Assembly: GCF_006345805.1 (NCBI RefSeq) | Contig: NC_043007.1 | Location: 7,688,001 to 7,752,000, forward strand | Source of the DNA: Octopus sinensis | Taxonomy: Eukaryota | Length of the DNA: 64,000 bases | Direction: 5' to 3' | Made by a program: the position numbers and the translations under genes | Shown: positions 26,722-39,700 of the stretch, piece after piece | Numbering within the stretch: the first letter of the stretch is position 1 | Layout: the number at the start of each line of letters is the position of its first letter | Notes under the pieces: model-generated | Seen by the model: the letters and a program-made list of their open reading frames with translations, nothing else | Told to the model about the DNA's origin: nothing | Databases searched by the model: none

Positions 26722-27085
26722 GTACTTTTCAAAAGGGTCAAGTCAACAATTATGCAATCCTTTAGTAAATGGAATAGATCAATTTTAAGTATAGTGCTAA
26801 TAATTAAGGGCCGATTATACCATGGTCGTTGAAGATCCAGATAAATTGGGACAAGGATGTAGACCTTAATTTATTTCCTTATCTAAAGAAATACAGTTGA
26901 TTGCAATCGCCTCACGAACTTCTTTACAATGAAATCTGAGATGTTCCTCTGGATAGTGCCAGTGATGTAATTGGTGTGCAGTTTACCAATCAGTAGTTAC
27001 GCAAGTCGATATTTATGTATATGTGTAAAATGTATGATATATATTAGAAGTAAATTATACAAAGCTGCCTCAAATATATTAAATA

Positions 27086-28611
27086 CAGTAGAGAACGAAA
27101 AGAAAAATGTTATCTACATTTCTACTTCATTTTTACGAAAATGAATTTTTACTGTATACACATTAAAGTATGTTTATTATATACAATAAATTTTGTAGGA
27201 AGTGATTAATAACTAAATAATTTATAATCGAAAACAGTTTATTTGAAAAATACAAGATTGGCAAAATTAGAGGACGGAAAATTCAAGAAATCAAAATTTT
27301 GCCAGAAATTTTTATAATCCACATCAATATATTGAGAAAATGTCTACATTCCTTTATTTTTAATCACTCCAGCGTATCTCCGTTCACAGGATTTGACCAA
27401 TTTCTCACATTGTTCTGATGCAATTTTATTCCATTGTTCCTCAGGTTTTTCCCACTAAGTTGTAACATTCGCAGGTCGGTACTCTCTAATCTTATCGCCA
27501 AGTATTTCCCATAAGTTTTCAATGGGATTAAGGTCAGGGCTCTGAGCTGGCCAACGCATCACAGTAATGGTTTTAGCTTCAAAAACTTCCTTAAATATTT
27601 TAGCGCAGTGACATGGCGAATTATCCTGCATAAAGATTGACCGACGAGTTGGAGATGTCTTCATGGCTGGCACAACATGCTACAGAATCATGCTTTGTAT
27701 ATAGCTACATTCACAATGCCATGGGTCCAGATCAAAAGCCCAACACCTGCTGCAGAAATCCTTTTCCATACCATTAAATCCAAACCCCTAACCTTCACTG
27801 ATTTCTTCACGCAATTAGGGAGGGATATTTCACAATTACGACGTCTCATGTATTGTCTGCCATCGGAGCCAACCGAATTGAACTGGCTTTCGTCACTGAA
27901 GAACACATGTGACCGGTTGTCGTCCGTCCAAGTTTCGTACTCGTTGGCAAAGACTAACCTCGCTTTTCCGTTCTTCATACTGGCGAGAGGTTTAATGGCG
28001 GGGGAGTGGAATAAAGCCCGACTTCCTTCAAAAGTCTTCCGAGACACATTCAGTCGAGCAACAGAATCGGTCTCGTAACGGCAGCCTCTCAATCACACGG
28101 TCTTGACGAACTCTTGTTTTCCGTAATCTCCCTCGTTTTTCTGATAACACACACGAGCTGGTTCCTACATAAAGCTCGAATATTCTTGAAATAACACTCT
28201 TTGATCTGTTAATGTCTCTGGCTACAGCAGAAATTGCCGTTCCTTCTTTTTTCGATGAGACCACTCGCTTCCCGAGGCTTTCATCAATTTCACGTCAACT
28301 TTCCATGGTTGTTTATTCGCTGCTGCTCAATGTAAGAGTTCGCATTGTTTGGTCAATTTAGTTTATAACCGTCGGAGTGTTGTCAGATTTTATTTTTTGA
28401 ATTTTACGCCATAACTTCTCCAATTTTGTCCATTTCCTATATTTCAAATAAGCATTTCCTCTATTGTAAATTATTTCGTTTCTAAAATTTATTGTAAATA
28501 ACGAACATACTTTGAAGTATATACAGTAAGAATCCCATTCTGAAAAATGAAGTAGAAATGTAAATATCCTTAATTTTTTTAATTTTCGTTCCTTAATTTT
28601 AGTCACTAATG
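27086..28611 (-). mobile_element. Near full-length decayed Tc1 (DD34E) transposon with long TIRs
   Basis: HTH region, FFSDES, MQDNSPCH, WPAQSPDLNPIENLW. Diverged TIRs of about 200 bp start CAGTAG/CATTAG; TA on both sides. Confidence 0.88.
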
Positions 28612-28775
28612 TAAATCCATGATGGCCATGGTCGACATGCCGAAAGCGACATAATACTATATATTATTATTTTACATGAATAGTAAGTCGAAACTTCGAA
28701 ATCATTGTCAAACATTCGATAAAATAACATGTACTGAAAAGTATTCACTGATCCTAAATATTTAAATATTTAAAC

Positions 28776-28839
28776 CACCTGATGAATGACTGTGACTTGA
28801 AAATTTAAAGAAATTAACAGCCATGAAACGATCGTAGTG
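28776..28839 (+). ncRNA. Type I hammerhead ribozyme
   Basis: cac-CUGAUGA-aug.cugu..acag.cau-GAAAC-GAUC-GUA^gug. The element continues to about 28960 and is the reverse complement of the window-start family. Confidence 0.82.
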
Positions 28840-28969
28840 ATATATTAATTATATTTTTTAATAATTTTGTTATATATTTAAATAATATAAATTAAATAAT
28901 CTTACATATTGGGTTAAGTTTTTCATTGTATGATTTGCCTAATAGTGGTTTTGTCTCTAATTTAATATA

Positions 28970-29000
<31 letters not shown>

Positions 29001-29061
29001 ATATAACTTCACATAAAAACAAACTAAAAACTATCAGTAGTATATGTACATGCACACACGC

Positions 29062-29122
<61 letters not shown>

Positions 29123-29124
<2 letters not shown>

Positions 29125-29265
29125 AAAATAAGGTAACAGGATGCCAAGAATTAGTGCAATGCGACCGTTTCAAGTGGCTCCATTTAATTGAACAATCCAA
29201 GCATTACATCAATTTAAATACAGTGCTATCTTCAGTTGCAAGAAATATGGATTTTCAACAGAGAA
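29123..29265 (-). mobile_element. Second copy of the tcaaaataag element, hammerhead inactivated (29156-29239)
   Basis: gcaa-CUGAAGA..GAAAC-GGUC-GCA^uugc (U16.1 changed to C); abuts (TA)n. Confidence 0.7.
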
Positions 29266-29437
29266 AATAAATTAATATAAATTTTCTCAAATATTTTATC
29301 AGAGCTAGAGGATGAAAGAATGTCATGTTGCTGTGAAATTATTTTGATTTTATTCACCTTACTTCGAGCTGTGTGGATAATACCGGACTGACTGTGTGCC
29401 ACAACTTAAGTACTTAATTTAACTGAATCTAATTATT

Positions 29438-29487
<50 letters not shown>

Positions 29488-29676
29488 GCTGAGGAAGACG
29501 CTTATTGTGATCGCATTCGGGCAAATCCTTTTAGATAGAAAGTAACCGGCAGAAAATAAAGTACATGCTATAGCAAATCTTGAATGTGTGAGGTATCAAC
29601 TGATTTTCATATCAATGAATAATAAACTGTGATTATAATATGCTGCTCCCAGTATTTATGTTTTGTGTGTGTGTGT

Positions 29677-29707
<31 letters not shown>

Positions 29708-29859
29708 GAAGTGTGTGTGTTTATTTTGTTAAGTATTATATGAATCTTAGAAAATATTGCCATATGTATTTGCTTGTCTGATCTATCTATCTATTTATCT
29801 ATCTGTCTGTCTATCTATCTATCTATCTATGTGTATATATTTGTGGGTGTATGTATGCA

Positions 29860-30300
29860 TCTCTTATTATAAAAGGCAGATTTTATCTGCCTCCCTTTGG
29901 AAGTTATAGAAATCTACAATATAGGATTTCTTCAATTACAATTTACCTAGCATTTTTAAGAGTAGAATGCATCGGGTTATGCCAGGTCCAGTTTTTAAAA
30001 TTTAAACTCCAATTAAGCAAAATTTACAGAAAACTCACATTCTGGTGTGTATGTCAAATGCTTTTCTTAGTCTGGTTTACAGCACACGCAAACGCACACA
30101 CACAGTGTGCAACGAATAAAGTGAAACTAGATGTAATATTTGTTTCTGTCTATCACGCTGATAGATACATGAGTAAAATGTATGGGAAGCTAACAGATAA
30201 GAGTGAGTGAAAATGTTCTTGGAAGAGAGTAAATTAGCGACAGAGTGATTTGAGGAAGACTAAACTGAAAGTATGAAACAGTGTTTATGTATAAACAGAC
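29860..30300 (+). mobile_element. Helitron-type non-autonomous element, 5' part
   Basis: A|TCTCTTATTATAAAAGG start; 3' end not found. Confidence 0.4.
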
Positions 30301-30312
30301 GACACTTATATA

Positions 30313-30610
30313 AACCCTTTCGTTACCAAACCGCCCGAATTTACCTATTCATATTAAATGAGAATATCAGAGTAAATCTCTTTAGTACATTCGTGAAAAC
30401 ACGTATTATACTTCGTAAACACTTCAAATACAGTTTTGTACAAAAATCGAAGTGTAATTTTAATTCCGTGAATTATGGGAGATTTTTTCCGAAATTTGCT
30501 CCTATTGTGTTTTCAAAATTTGTAATTCTGACAAAAAATGGATACGAATTTCATTATATCAAGCAGCGAGTCAGAATTCGAAGGATTTTCTACTGAAGAC
30601 CTTCATAAAT
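30313..30610 (+). mobile_element. Possible piggyBac-type MITE fragment
   Basis: Begins aaCCCTTTCGTTACC; partner TIR not seen. Confidence 0.35.
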
Positions 30611-30640
30611 CTAACTCTATGACTGAAAAAAAAAAAGGCA

Positions 30641-31027
30641 TCTTTATATAAGAGTGAAGTTGTGTGTCTGTCCCCTTCGATTTAGATTCGTAACTACTCC
30701 CACATTTTGCGGTGCAGTTTAACCAAAAGCGGGTATCTTATAGTCGTGATTCATATCGAGCCCTTCTGGGTATTAGCGCGTGTCTACGATGAGTCTACGA
30801 TTTTAAAAAAAATTTACCATCATATTTTTCCATTTTAATGCATTTTTTCGCTTTTATATAAGGGAAGTAACTCTCTAAAAATATCTACGATGTGTCAACG
30901 ATTTAAAAAAAAATTTACTTTTTTCAATTTTTAATGCATTCTTTTGCTATTTTTTGGCTATAACTCTCTAAAAATGCTTATATAGTTATTTCCCTTACAA
31001 CCGAGCAACGCCGGGCGATACTGCTAG
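30641..31027 (+). mobile_element. Complete non-autonomous Helitron
   Basis: A|TC start, subterminal GC-rich hairpin ccgagcaacgccgg, CTAG|T end, internal ~95-bp duplication. Confidence 0.8.
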
Positions 31028-31055
31028 TATGTATATATTTGTGAGTTTGCTTATA

Positions 31056-31091
<36 letters not shown>

Positions 31092-31105
31092 TGATATATA
31101 TATAC

Positions 31106-31150
<45 letters not shown>

Positions 31151-31240
31151 TATATATATATAAATATTAGGGAATAAATCCAAATTTACAGGCAAAAATC
31201 AGATTTAGGATTGAATCCAATTTTATAGAAAAATATAATA

Positions 31241-31417
31241 TAATATTAATTAGAGACAAAACCACTATTATGCAAATCAAACAAAGAAAGACTTAATCCA
31301 ATACATAAAAAAATTTATATAAATTAAATATAATTATATTTAATTTATATAAAAAATTTTATGTATTGGATTAAGTCTTTCTTTGTTTGATTTGCATAAT
31401 AGTAGTTTTGTCTCTAA

Positions 31418-31426
<9 letters not shown>
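31241..31426. repeat. 186-bp spacer-less palindrome formed from a PLE-type element end
   Basis: 93-bp arms centred at 31333/31334 with 4 mismatches. Confidence 0.9.
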
Positions 31427-31499
<73 letters not shown>

Positions 31500-31511
31500 G
31501 TATATATGTAT

Positions 31512-32062
31512 GTCAGGTCACTTTCGAGTGCTACTGGTAACATGTAACCCAGTACAACCTGTTGCATGGTCGGGTCGTCGGCGACTAAAACGGCAACCCC
31601 ACCAAGCTTGCTTGGTGAGGAGGGTGTTTATTGGTCACCCTGCGGGATGAAAAACAAAACCCGTCAAAGGGCGGAGGAACTCTTGAGAGTCAACGGCCAT
31701 CCAATAAATGTCTTAAAACTGTATCATGCACGGGAACATAGAAATAATCGGACTGAATACCCAATTGCGCAGTTAAACCATTGGCAGTGAAGGACTCCTA
31801 GCCCTTGTCAGGGCATCCTTCTAGGAGAAAGCAACTCAGGTAACTGGGATAACTCCGACTTAAAATCTGCGGCTCAGTGGTTACCTATGATGTTGACTTG
31901 TTCTTCTTTTCGGATTATGGCTGCTGTTGCTTAGTGAGTGGGATTGACTCAGTGCACAGCCTTTCCACACTTAAAAAAATATCTTCTTGCACAGGCATTA
32001 CACGATAACAACATTGATTAAGCTTCGTGCAATGGCCATACTCGATAAAGAGGGGGCAGCCA

Positions 32063-32066
<4 letters not shown>
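31512..32066 (+). mobile_element. Bipartite non-autonomous RTE-like element (5' UTR plus 3' tail)
   Basis: 31512-31971 matches 39798-40242 (reverse complement); 32020-32066 matches the tail at 12225-12274; contains ctaggagaaagcaactc, typical of RTE 5' UTRs. Confidence 0.75.
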
Positions 32067-32103
<37 letters not shown>

Positions 32104-34169
32104 TACATACACACACACATATATATATGTGTATATATATATGTATTTATATACATATACATATATATATATGTATATATACACACACCAGGTATTGTAT
32201 TTAAATGTATGTGCTGTGTTGTGCATGCGTACGTGAGAGAAGGGGCTAGGTTGGAAGAAAAAGAAGGAATAGATTGAGAAAAAGGAGGTGTGTGTGTGTA
32301 TGTGTGGTGTGTGTGTGTATGTGTGTGTATATGTGTGTGTATGTGTGTATGTGTGTGTGTATGTGTGTGTATGTGTGTGTGTATGTGTGTGTGTATGTGT
32401 GTGTATGTGTGTGTGTATGTGTGTGTGTGTATGTGTGTGTATGTGTGTGTGTATGTGTGTATGTGTGTGTATCCTACTTGACAGGTATATGTAGAAGCAT
32501 CAAGTAAATGAATGCATGCATCACCAGGTAGCTAATTATTCAAGTTGATTGAGTTAGGGAGAGCCGTAAGATGCAATTCCTTAGAATTGCCGAAGTTCTG
32601 AATGAGAGTTGCGATTGGTCTTCGTTTCGCTTCCTGCCAACGGGAACTGGAATAATATAATCAGGAGAAGAGCACAAGACAAACTGCACTTCTCTATTAC
32701 TGTGTTTCAGAACCGATTCGGATAAGCACACGCACGCACACACACAACCACACCACGTACACACGTGCGCGCGCGCGCACACAGGCACACACACACACGC
32801 ACACATACGCACTCACACGCACGCACACGCATGCACACACACACACGTACATGCGCACACAGACATGTACACACACACACGCACGCACACACTTATATGC
32901 GTGTGTGTGTGTGCGTGTGTATTATGCATGTATGCACGTATAATGGAAAAGATGGTGTCAACAGAATAACGAATGAATTTGAACCCAAGTAAAAAGGAAT
33001 GAACAAATAATCGAATGACGGAATGAATAAACGTGGATCAAAGAATATCGATAGCAATGAAGAAACGAGGAATGAAGTTTTGCTAAAACTACCTTTCATT
33101 GAATTAATATATATTGGAGAAGTAAAAGAGATACAGTTTTGAAAGGTGTATAATCTTACATGTTTAGTGCTTTTTAAAAATATAATCTGCAAAATTATAC
33201 ATTTAAACGTTTTTATATTACTATCATTTATGGCACCAAAACACACCATCTTTCCTGTACGATGCGACTGTTTTTAGACCGCCCAAAATTCTAAGAATGT
33301 ATAGAAAATGGCCGTGATATCATTTGAAGTATGCATTTGTGCGGGAGGAAGAGAGAGAGATAGATAGAGAGAGAGAGAGAGAGAGAGGTAGAGAGAGAGA
33401 GAGAGAGAGAGAGAGTCTGTGTGTGTGTGTGTGTCTGTGTGTGTCTGTATGTGTGTGCGCGTGTGTGTGTGTGTGTTGTGCGCGCGCGCGCACGTACGCG
33501 TGTGTGTCTCCTTTTTCAAAAAAATGTTATTTGAATTCTTCCTTAAAGAAGCAACTGGTTTCTGATGGAAAATCGAAGCCCCTTCTCTGAAACTTGTACA
33601 ACAACAACGATGTGTTGAAAGAGTAGGATCTGTTAAAATTTAGAAAATTCTTACATATTTTTACTATTCTACTTACAGACTGTATTTGCAAAGTGTGTGT
33701 TGTATCTGGTGGGTATTGCTTGTAATTCCCCCCCCCCACACACACACACACACACCAACTTTACGTTTACCGTTTAGACATTTCCTGATTAAGTCGAGTG
33801 CACCAATACTTAGAGCTAGAAATGGGAATTTATGAACAGAGTAGGGAACCTGCAAGTTTCAATGTTCTTCCACTGACTTTGGAAGAAATGTTCATATCTA
33901 TCGGACTGCTAACCTCTACCACTGTAGAAGACCTTTTTTGTTTTATGTCCTAAACAATTATATCATGTCCGTTATGTAAAGAAGGCCAAGGTAGAATTTG
34001 GACTCAGGATGCAGAAAGCCGGAAGAAGTAACACAACACATTCAGTCCGAAGTTCACATTTCCGTTCACGCAAAGCCTTGGACTGATATTTCTTGTTATG
34101 TCGACCCCAAAAGGATTAAAGGTAAAATTGACATCTGTGGATTTTGAGCTAGGTGTCCAGTAATTCGGA

Positions 34170-34980
34170 ACAGATATCTCAACGAAATATTTTATCCGAC
34201 TCCTTATTAATACCTGAAGCCAGAACCTCCTGTTGATCTGTGAAAAGCCTTTCGTTCAATATTTCTTTGCAATGGAATTGTGCAACACGTTCCGAAAAGC
34301 TCTTTTCCAATCCACATGATGCTGTTTTCCCCATGCATGTAGAGTTGATCTTACGGATGCTGTCGAGGATATGTGACACACGATTATGTTGTCTAGGAAT
34401 AGGAAATGTAACCAAGCAATTCCTTGGCATCTAACCATCCTATAACCAAATATTTCATCGATGCCATCACAACGCTGACATAAATTTGTTGACTTTGTTT
34501 TTCCCGGAACGTCTGCAAACTTCTTTCTCACTATTTGCTTGTTCGGCTGTAAATGATTATAGCTACTAAACACAGACAACATCGAAGAACAGTTCCAGAC
34601 AGCCGAGTACATTCTATTCATTAAACACAAATGGGCGGCAGAGCTTTGTTATACGAAAGGTTTCATTCGTTCGCATTACGCGTATTTCAGCTAATACCGA
34701 CCAACGCGTTGAGATCTTGCTATCAGTGGTTAGCAAAAAGATACCTCCAACTGTCAAGACTTTTCCAAATGCTTTCCCATCCCGATCTTTTCTGTTTTGT
34801 TCCCTGTTTTTGCTTCTATGACACAACCATGCAACATACTTTTGGCGGAAAGCAACCACTAAACTTGTTTCGGATTATTTCTAACTCCGCCACATCCGAG
34901 TCACTTGTTTCCTATATTCTTTTGGCTTCAGAATTAATCCGTATCTTTTTGAGAAAACGCCTCTCTGATTTTTATTAGTT
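34170..34980 (-). pseudogene. Degenerate coding-like relic, possibly a hAT-type transposase
   Basis: Fragmentary KFMSA/CDG..D and FHC motifs across frames; weak. Confidence 0.2.
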
Positions 34981-35694
34981 CATTATTAAGTAGGCTACAG
35001 ATTAATTTCATTCTAATTTCTTATTAATTATTTTTTTCTCAATTATTTTTTACCAATTATTGCATTTTCCTCTCTCCCCGCTCTCTCCTTCTCTTCTTTG
35101 TCAACTCATTTGTGTTATTTTTCAGTTATTGTTGCGAATTCTAGTTATTTGTTTGCTAACATTTGATAAGTATTATAACTAACTAACAGACATTATTTAA
35201 TCCTTCTGTTTTCCAATGATGGAGACCTTAAAAAATAAAGTTGTTTTGTTTACTGCTTTGGAATCTACAAGATATTGCTTAAAAGATACGGAAATGAAAG
35301 ATAAGCTGCATTTTCGAGTTAAAATTAGTATTTTTCAAGTGTTTATATCACTGACTCTCCTCTCTGGTAATACACTAATCTTGTTACTATAATCTTTTAC
35401 ATCTCGCTGTGCGCAGTCAACCTTCCTGCAAGCTAACAAAGGCACCATTGTTTGTTGTCACACATATTGCTATAAAAATACCTCTTCTATTTACGGAGAT
35501 ACGTTCCACCGCTGTTGTTTCAGCGTGTTTTGTTTTACTTTGCAAAATAGATTTACCAATCTCAACCATTCTCTCTTTTATTCAACAGGTGTCGCTTGCA
35601 AGGATTTTAGTTTTAGCTTTCGCCGCATACCATATTAGCTCTGAGTGATGTTTATTCCGGGGTATTTTCAGTGTGTCCGTATTGCCAACTAGCG

Positions 35695-36130
35695 AAAGCG
35701 CGTGACATAGTGGTCAGCGGTGTTGGATTTGTGACCGTAAAGTCTTGATTTCGATTCCCCTACCCGTAGTGCATTGTGTTATTTAGCAAAATACTTCATT
35801 TCACCTGACTCTTATCTACTGAGCAGACAATTTGTACCAGCAACAGCTGAAGAAGTTAACGCTGCGACAGACTGGCGTCCTGTTCAGTGGCACTTTAATA
35901 TTTTCTGTCGCTTATACATCACAGAAACTTATATAAATTCCAGCCGAATAAACCCGTGAATTCGCAATAGACGTAATATCTTATACGGGTACGTGGTTCA
36001 GTGGTTACATAGGTAGTCTCCAGACTGTAAGGTCAGGGATTCGATAGCTACCTCGGGTGGCTCGCTGTGTCCCCGAGAAAAGCACTTCATTTCACGTTGC
36101 TCAGTCTACTCAATGCAAACTGAGCTCCAA
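35695..36130 (+). mobile_element. Two degenerate tRNA-SINE heads (35695-35905, 35985-36130)
   Basis: tagtggtcagcg / cagtggtta box A, gattcga box B, acttcatttcac core. Confidence 0.55.
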
Positions 36131-36702
36131 GCGATCACTTGTACACCTTACACTCTTTCCCGCTGTTACATTCACAATATCCCGCTGTGTCAAAGACTGC
36201 CGAGCCGAAAGGACATCTGAGTCTGTTCGAGACTACACAGACTTCAAACCATTACCAAAACTATGATACTAGCCACTATAGAATGCTCGCTTCCCAGTGA
36301 CGACAACACAGCATCTACTTGACATAAGTAAGAAACTTTTCATAGCAAATATACGACATTATTGATTTCATAACTAAAAGACAAAAAAAGCTAATTCATA
36401 ATTTCGATTTTTAGTTATCTAAAATTAATAAAGAATTTGTTTGCATTCAGCGACGTTGTTGATGTCATCGTGTCCAGTCATGTTATTTCTAATGATTCTC
36501 TGCAGAATGAGCGTGTGAAGATTGCTACAATATTCAATAAAAAGGTTTCTTCAATATATGACTGGCAAAATAACCAGTTATTTATTAAGTTTGTATTATT
36601 TTTTTCTGACATGGCTGTTAGAGTTTACAGCAATTGAAAACTCAATATGTACTTGTCTGTTCACGCTAACTCTGAATATATGGTTATATATATATACATC
36701 TG

Positions 36703-36736
<34 letters not shown>

Positions 36737-37154
36737 TGTATGTATGTATGTATGTATGTATGTATGTATGTATGCATGCATGTATGTATGTATGTATGTA
36801 TGTAGTATGTATGTATGTATGTATGTATGTATGTATGCATGTGTGTTTATGTATGTATGTATGCATGCATGTATGTATGTAGTATGTATGTGTGTATGTA
36901 TGTGTGTATGTGTGTATGTATGCATGTACGTATGGTTGCATGTGTGCATATGGATGAGTGAATACATGATTGTATCTGCACGCATACGGATATGTATGCG
37001 TGTGTGTGAATTTGTACGTATACATATTAATATATTTCTGTATCTATTTATGTCTATACTGAAATAATGTCTCTTCACTTTAGAAATATCATTTCTAACA
37101 ATATATGTGTGTACTGTGTGTATTGTGTGCGTGTGTGCATGCCTTAACATACAC

Positions 37155-37218
<64 letters not shown>

Positions 37219-37309
37219 CTATATATATATATATATATATATACACACAGAATATATAGACATATATATATAGACATATATATATATATATGTACATATT
37301 ACATGTACA

Positions 37310-37388
<79 letters not shown>

Positions 37389-37585
37389 CATACATACATA
37401 CGTTACTCTCTTCAGCACAAATTACACATCTCAAGTTTGTCTCTTTCTATAGATTTCTATCAAAAGAAAATTTAATATTGTTCTGATTTTCTGAATTTGT
37501 CTCTTTAACTTAAGTTCTTTCTTCGCTCGTTTGTTTTCGCCTTCTCTCTGTCTATTTTTCCTTTCTACCCCCTCACACACACACA

Positions 37586-37616
<31 letters not shown>

Positions 37617-37650
37617 GTACATAGGCACTTATATGCACACAAATATACAT

Positions 37651-37697
<47 letters not shown>

Positions 37698-37738
37698 ACT
37701 AGCATTATGACCCGTTGTTGCCGGGTCATAGTGCTAGT
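37698..37738. repeat. 17-bp hairpin resembling a Helitron/HINE terminus
   Basis: actagcattatgacccg / cgggtcatagtgctagt with a 7-nt loop. Confidence 0.65.
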
Positions 37739-37946
37739 GCATGTATATATGTGTATATATATATATATATGTACATATTACATGTACATCTATATATATA
37801 TATATACCTACACATAAAATACAAAATACAAAGTTATATCTTGATATTGCTAGTGATAACAATACTCAAAATATATAACAGAATGTAATTGTAGGCCCGT
37901 CTCTTGCAATTTCGATCAATTGTATCTTGTCCTCCCTCTTGTATAG

Positions 37947-38022
37947 AAGTGTGGCTACAATCCAGCCTATGGTGGGACATTTATAATTTTTATCCGGGAC
38001 GTCCTACGCCGCAGATATAAAG
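37947..38022 (+). CDS. Candidate exon, 76 nt; reads KCGYNPAYGGTFIIFIRDVLRRRYK (phase 0 to 1) or VWLQSSLWWDIYNFYPGRPTPQI* (phase 1 to 2)
   Basis: Acceptor tcctccctcttgtatag, donor AAG|gtgaaa. Confidence 0.45.
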
Positions 38023-38459
38023 GTGAAAATAAAATATTTCCACTTTGCAAGGTTCGAGTCAAGTACTCCCTTGCACGCTCTGTTGACTTGAACCTTGCTT
38101 CTATTGTGGCGAATTTATCGCCTCTGGTTAGATATAGTCCTTTATGTATAATAGTCCATATGGACTATTCCATTTCTGCACGCTAATTTTATTTTTAATT
38201 TATTCCCATTCATGTGAAACCACTTATTCAAGTTCAAGTCATTGATGCAATTTTATACCAATTGCTATTTTTACTTTTGTTATGTTACGATTATATTATG
38301 CTTTAGTTTGATCTTAATTATTACTTACTACATATGATTAAATTGTTATTATTATTTTTATTGTTAAAGTGAAAGTATCTGACATAAAATAGAGAAATAT
38401 TTTTGTTTCACTTTTAACACGTAATACTGAAATAGTGGAGAAGATATGATATTGCTATG

Positions 38460-38623
38460 GGCTCGCTCTAGGCAAGAAGTTGAACATTTTTTTGGCGATG
38501 ACACTCCCCGGACCCTAAGTAAGGCATGTGTAAAATTTGAATGAAATTGGTTGTGTAGTTCTCAAGCTTTAGGGAAACACAGACAGACAGACAGACAGAC
38601 ATTCTCAGTTTTATATGTATAGA
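38460..38623 (-). mobile_element. DINE-1/HINE-like Helitron-related fragment
   Basis: TCTATACATATAAAACTGAGAAT-(GTCT)n start on the minus strand. Confidence 0.65.
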
Positions 38624-38896
38624 AATACATATATATCTTGGCGTGTGTACGTGTGTGTGCATTTATATGTTATATATTTTACGTAAATAATTTACTTATT
38701 TATTTTATGTATGTATGCATATACACAGGCACTCATATATACGTATATATACAAATATACATATACATACTTATATGTATATATGACGTATATATATATA
38801 TATATATATGATTATAAGGAAGAAGATTTTCTCCAATGCATAGACTTCACTTTGAAGTGCTCAAGATATTCAAAGCTGAGGCGTTAGAATGATGTA

Positions 38897-39700
38897 TTGG
38901 GTCGTCTCATAAATAATGCGGTTTATTTATACTTCTTTCATTTCTCAAAATTAAGATAAACAAAGTTCTTTTTTAATCTAAAATATACTCTCCTTCATTT
39001 ACTAAGAAGATGCTCTTCCATCTATCTGGTAGACTTGCAAGGCCCCTCTTCCAAAATTCACTTGTCCGTGATGAAAAATACTCCTCCAGTACTGCTCTGA
39101 CCTTGTCTACAGAATTCATATTTTTTCCGTCCAAATGATTTTGAAGACTGCGGAATAAATGATAATCAGATGGGTCAATGTCTGGCGAATATGTTGGGTG
39201 TGGCATCGTTTCCCATTGAAACTGTTCCAGCCTTTCGAATGTCATCTTCGCAGTATGTGGCCGAGCATTATCCTCACCATCTTTGGTTTCGTCTTCAAAC
39301 CAAAGATGGTCATTTTTCTTCTGGCGCAAGTGCCGATGAATGGTTGAATGACCAAATCCAAGATTCTCTGCTAGTTTCTCAACAGTTACGATGGAATTTT
39401 GTTCCACCAGGGTTTGCAGGACGTTCTCATCGAGCTCTGCAGATCTTCCAGGACGTGACTCGTCTTCTTGGCTGTAGTTTCCGACTCGGAATTTCCGGAA
39501 CCACCATTGGTACAGGCCTATGCTTAATGTCCGATCCCCATATACTACATTGATATTCCTTACACTTTCCATTGCATTGTTGCCTTTATTGAACTCATAA
39601 AGCAAAATATGCTCCTTTGTCACTTCCATTATAGCTTTGAAAAAATAACTGTTAAAATCAAACTGCACTCATCAAAACATGCACTAAGAATAAGGACAAG
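38897..39700 (-). mobile_element. Internally deleted mariner (DD34D) with an open 231-codon ORF
   Basis: HTH region (ESRPGR, TIHRHL) fused to DNARPH..HPTYSPDIDPSDYHLF; the WVPHEL linker and first Asp region are missing. One TIR (TA-TTGGGTCG) at 38897. Confidence 0.9.

Noticed and set aside
31512-31600. HDV-like ribozyme at the RTE-like 5' end
   Set aside because: A P4-like hairpin and CUAA are present, but I could not assign P1/P2/P3/L3 by eye; a structural descriptor search is needed.
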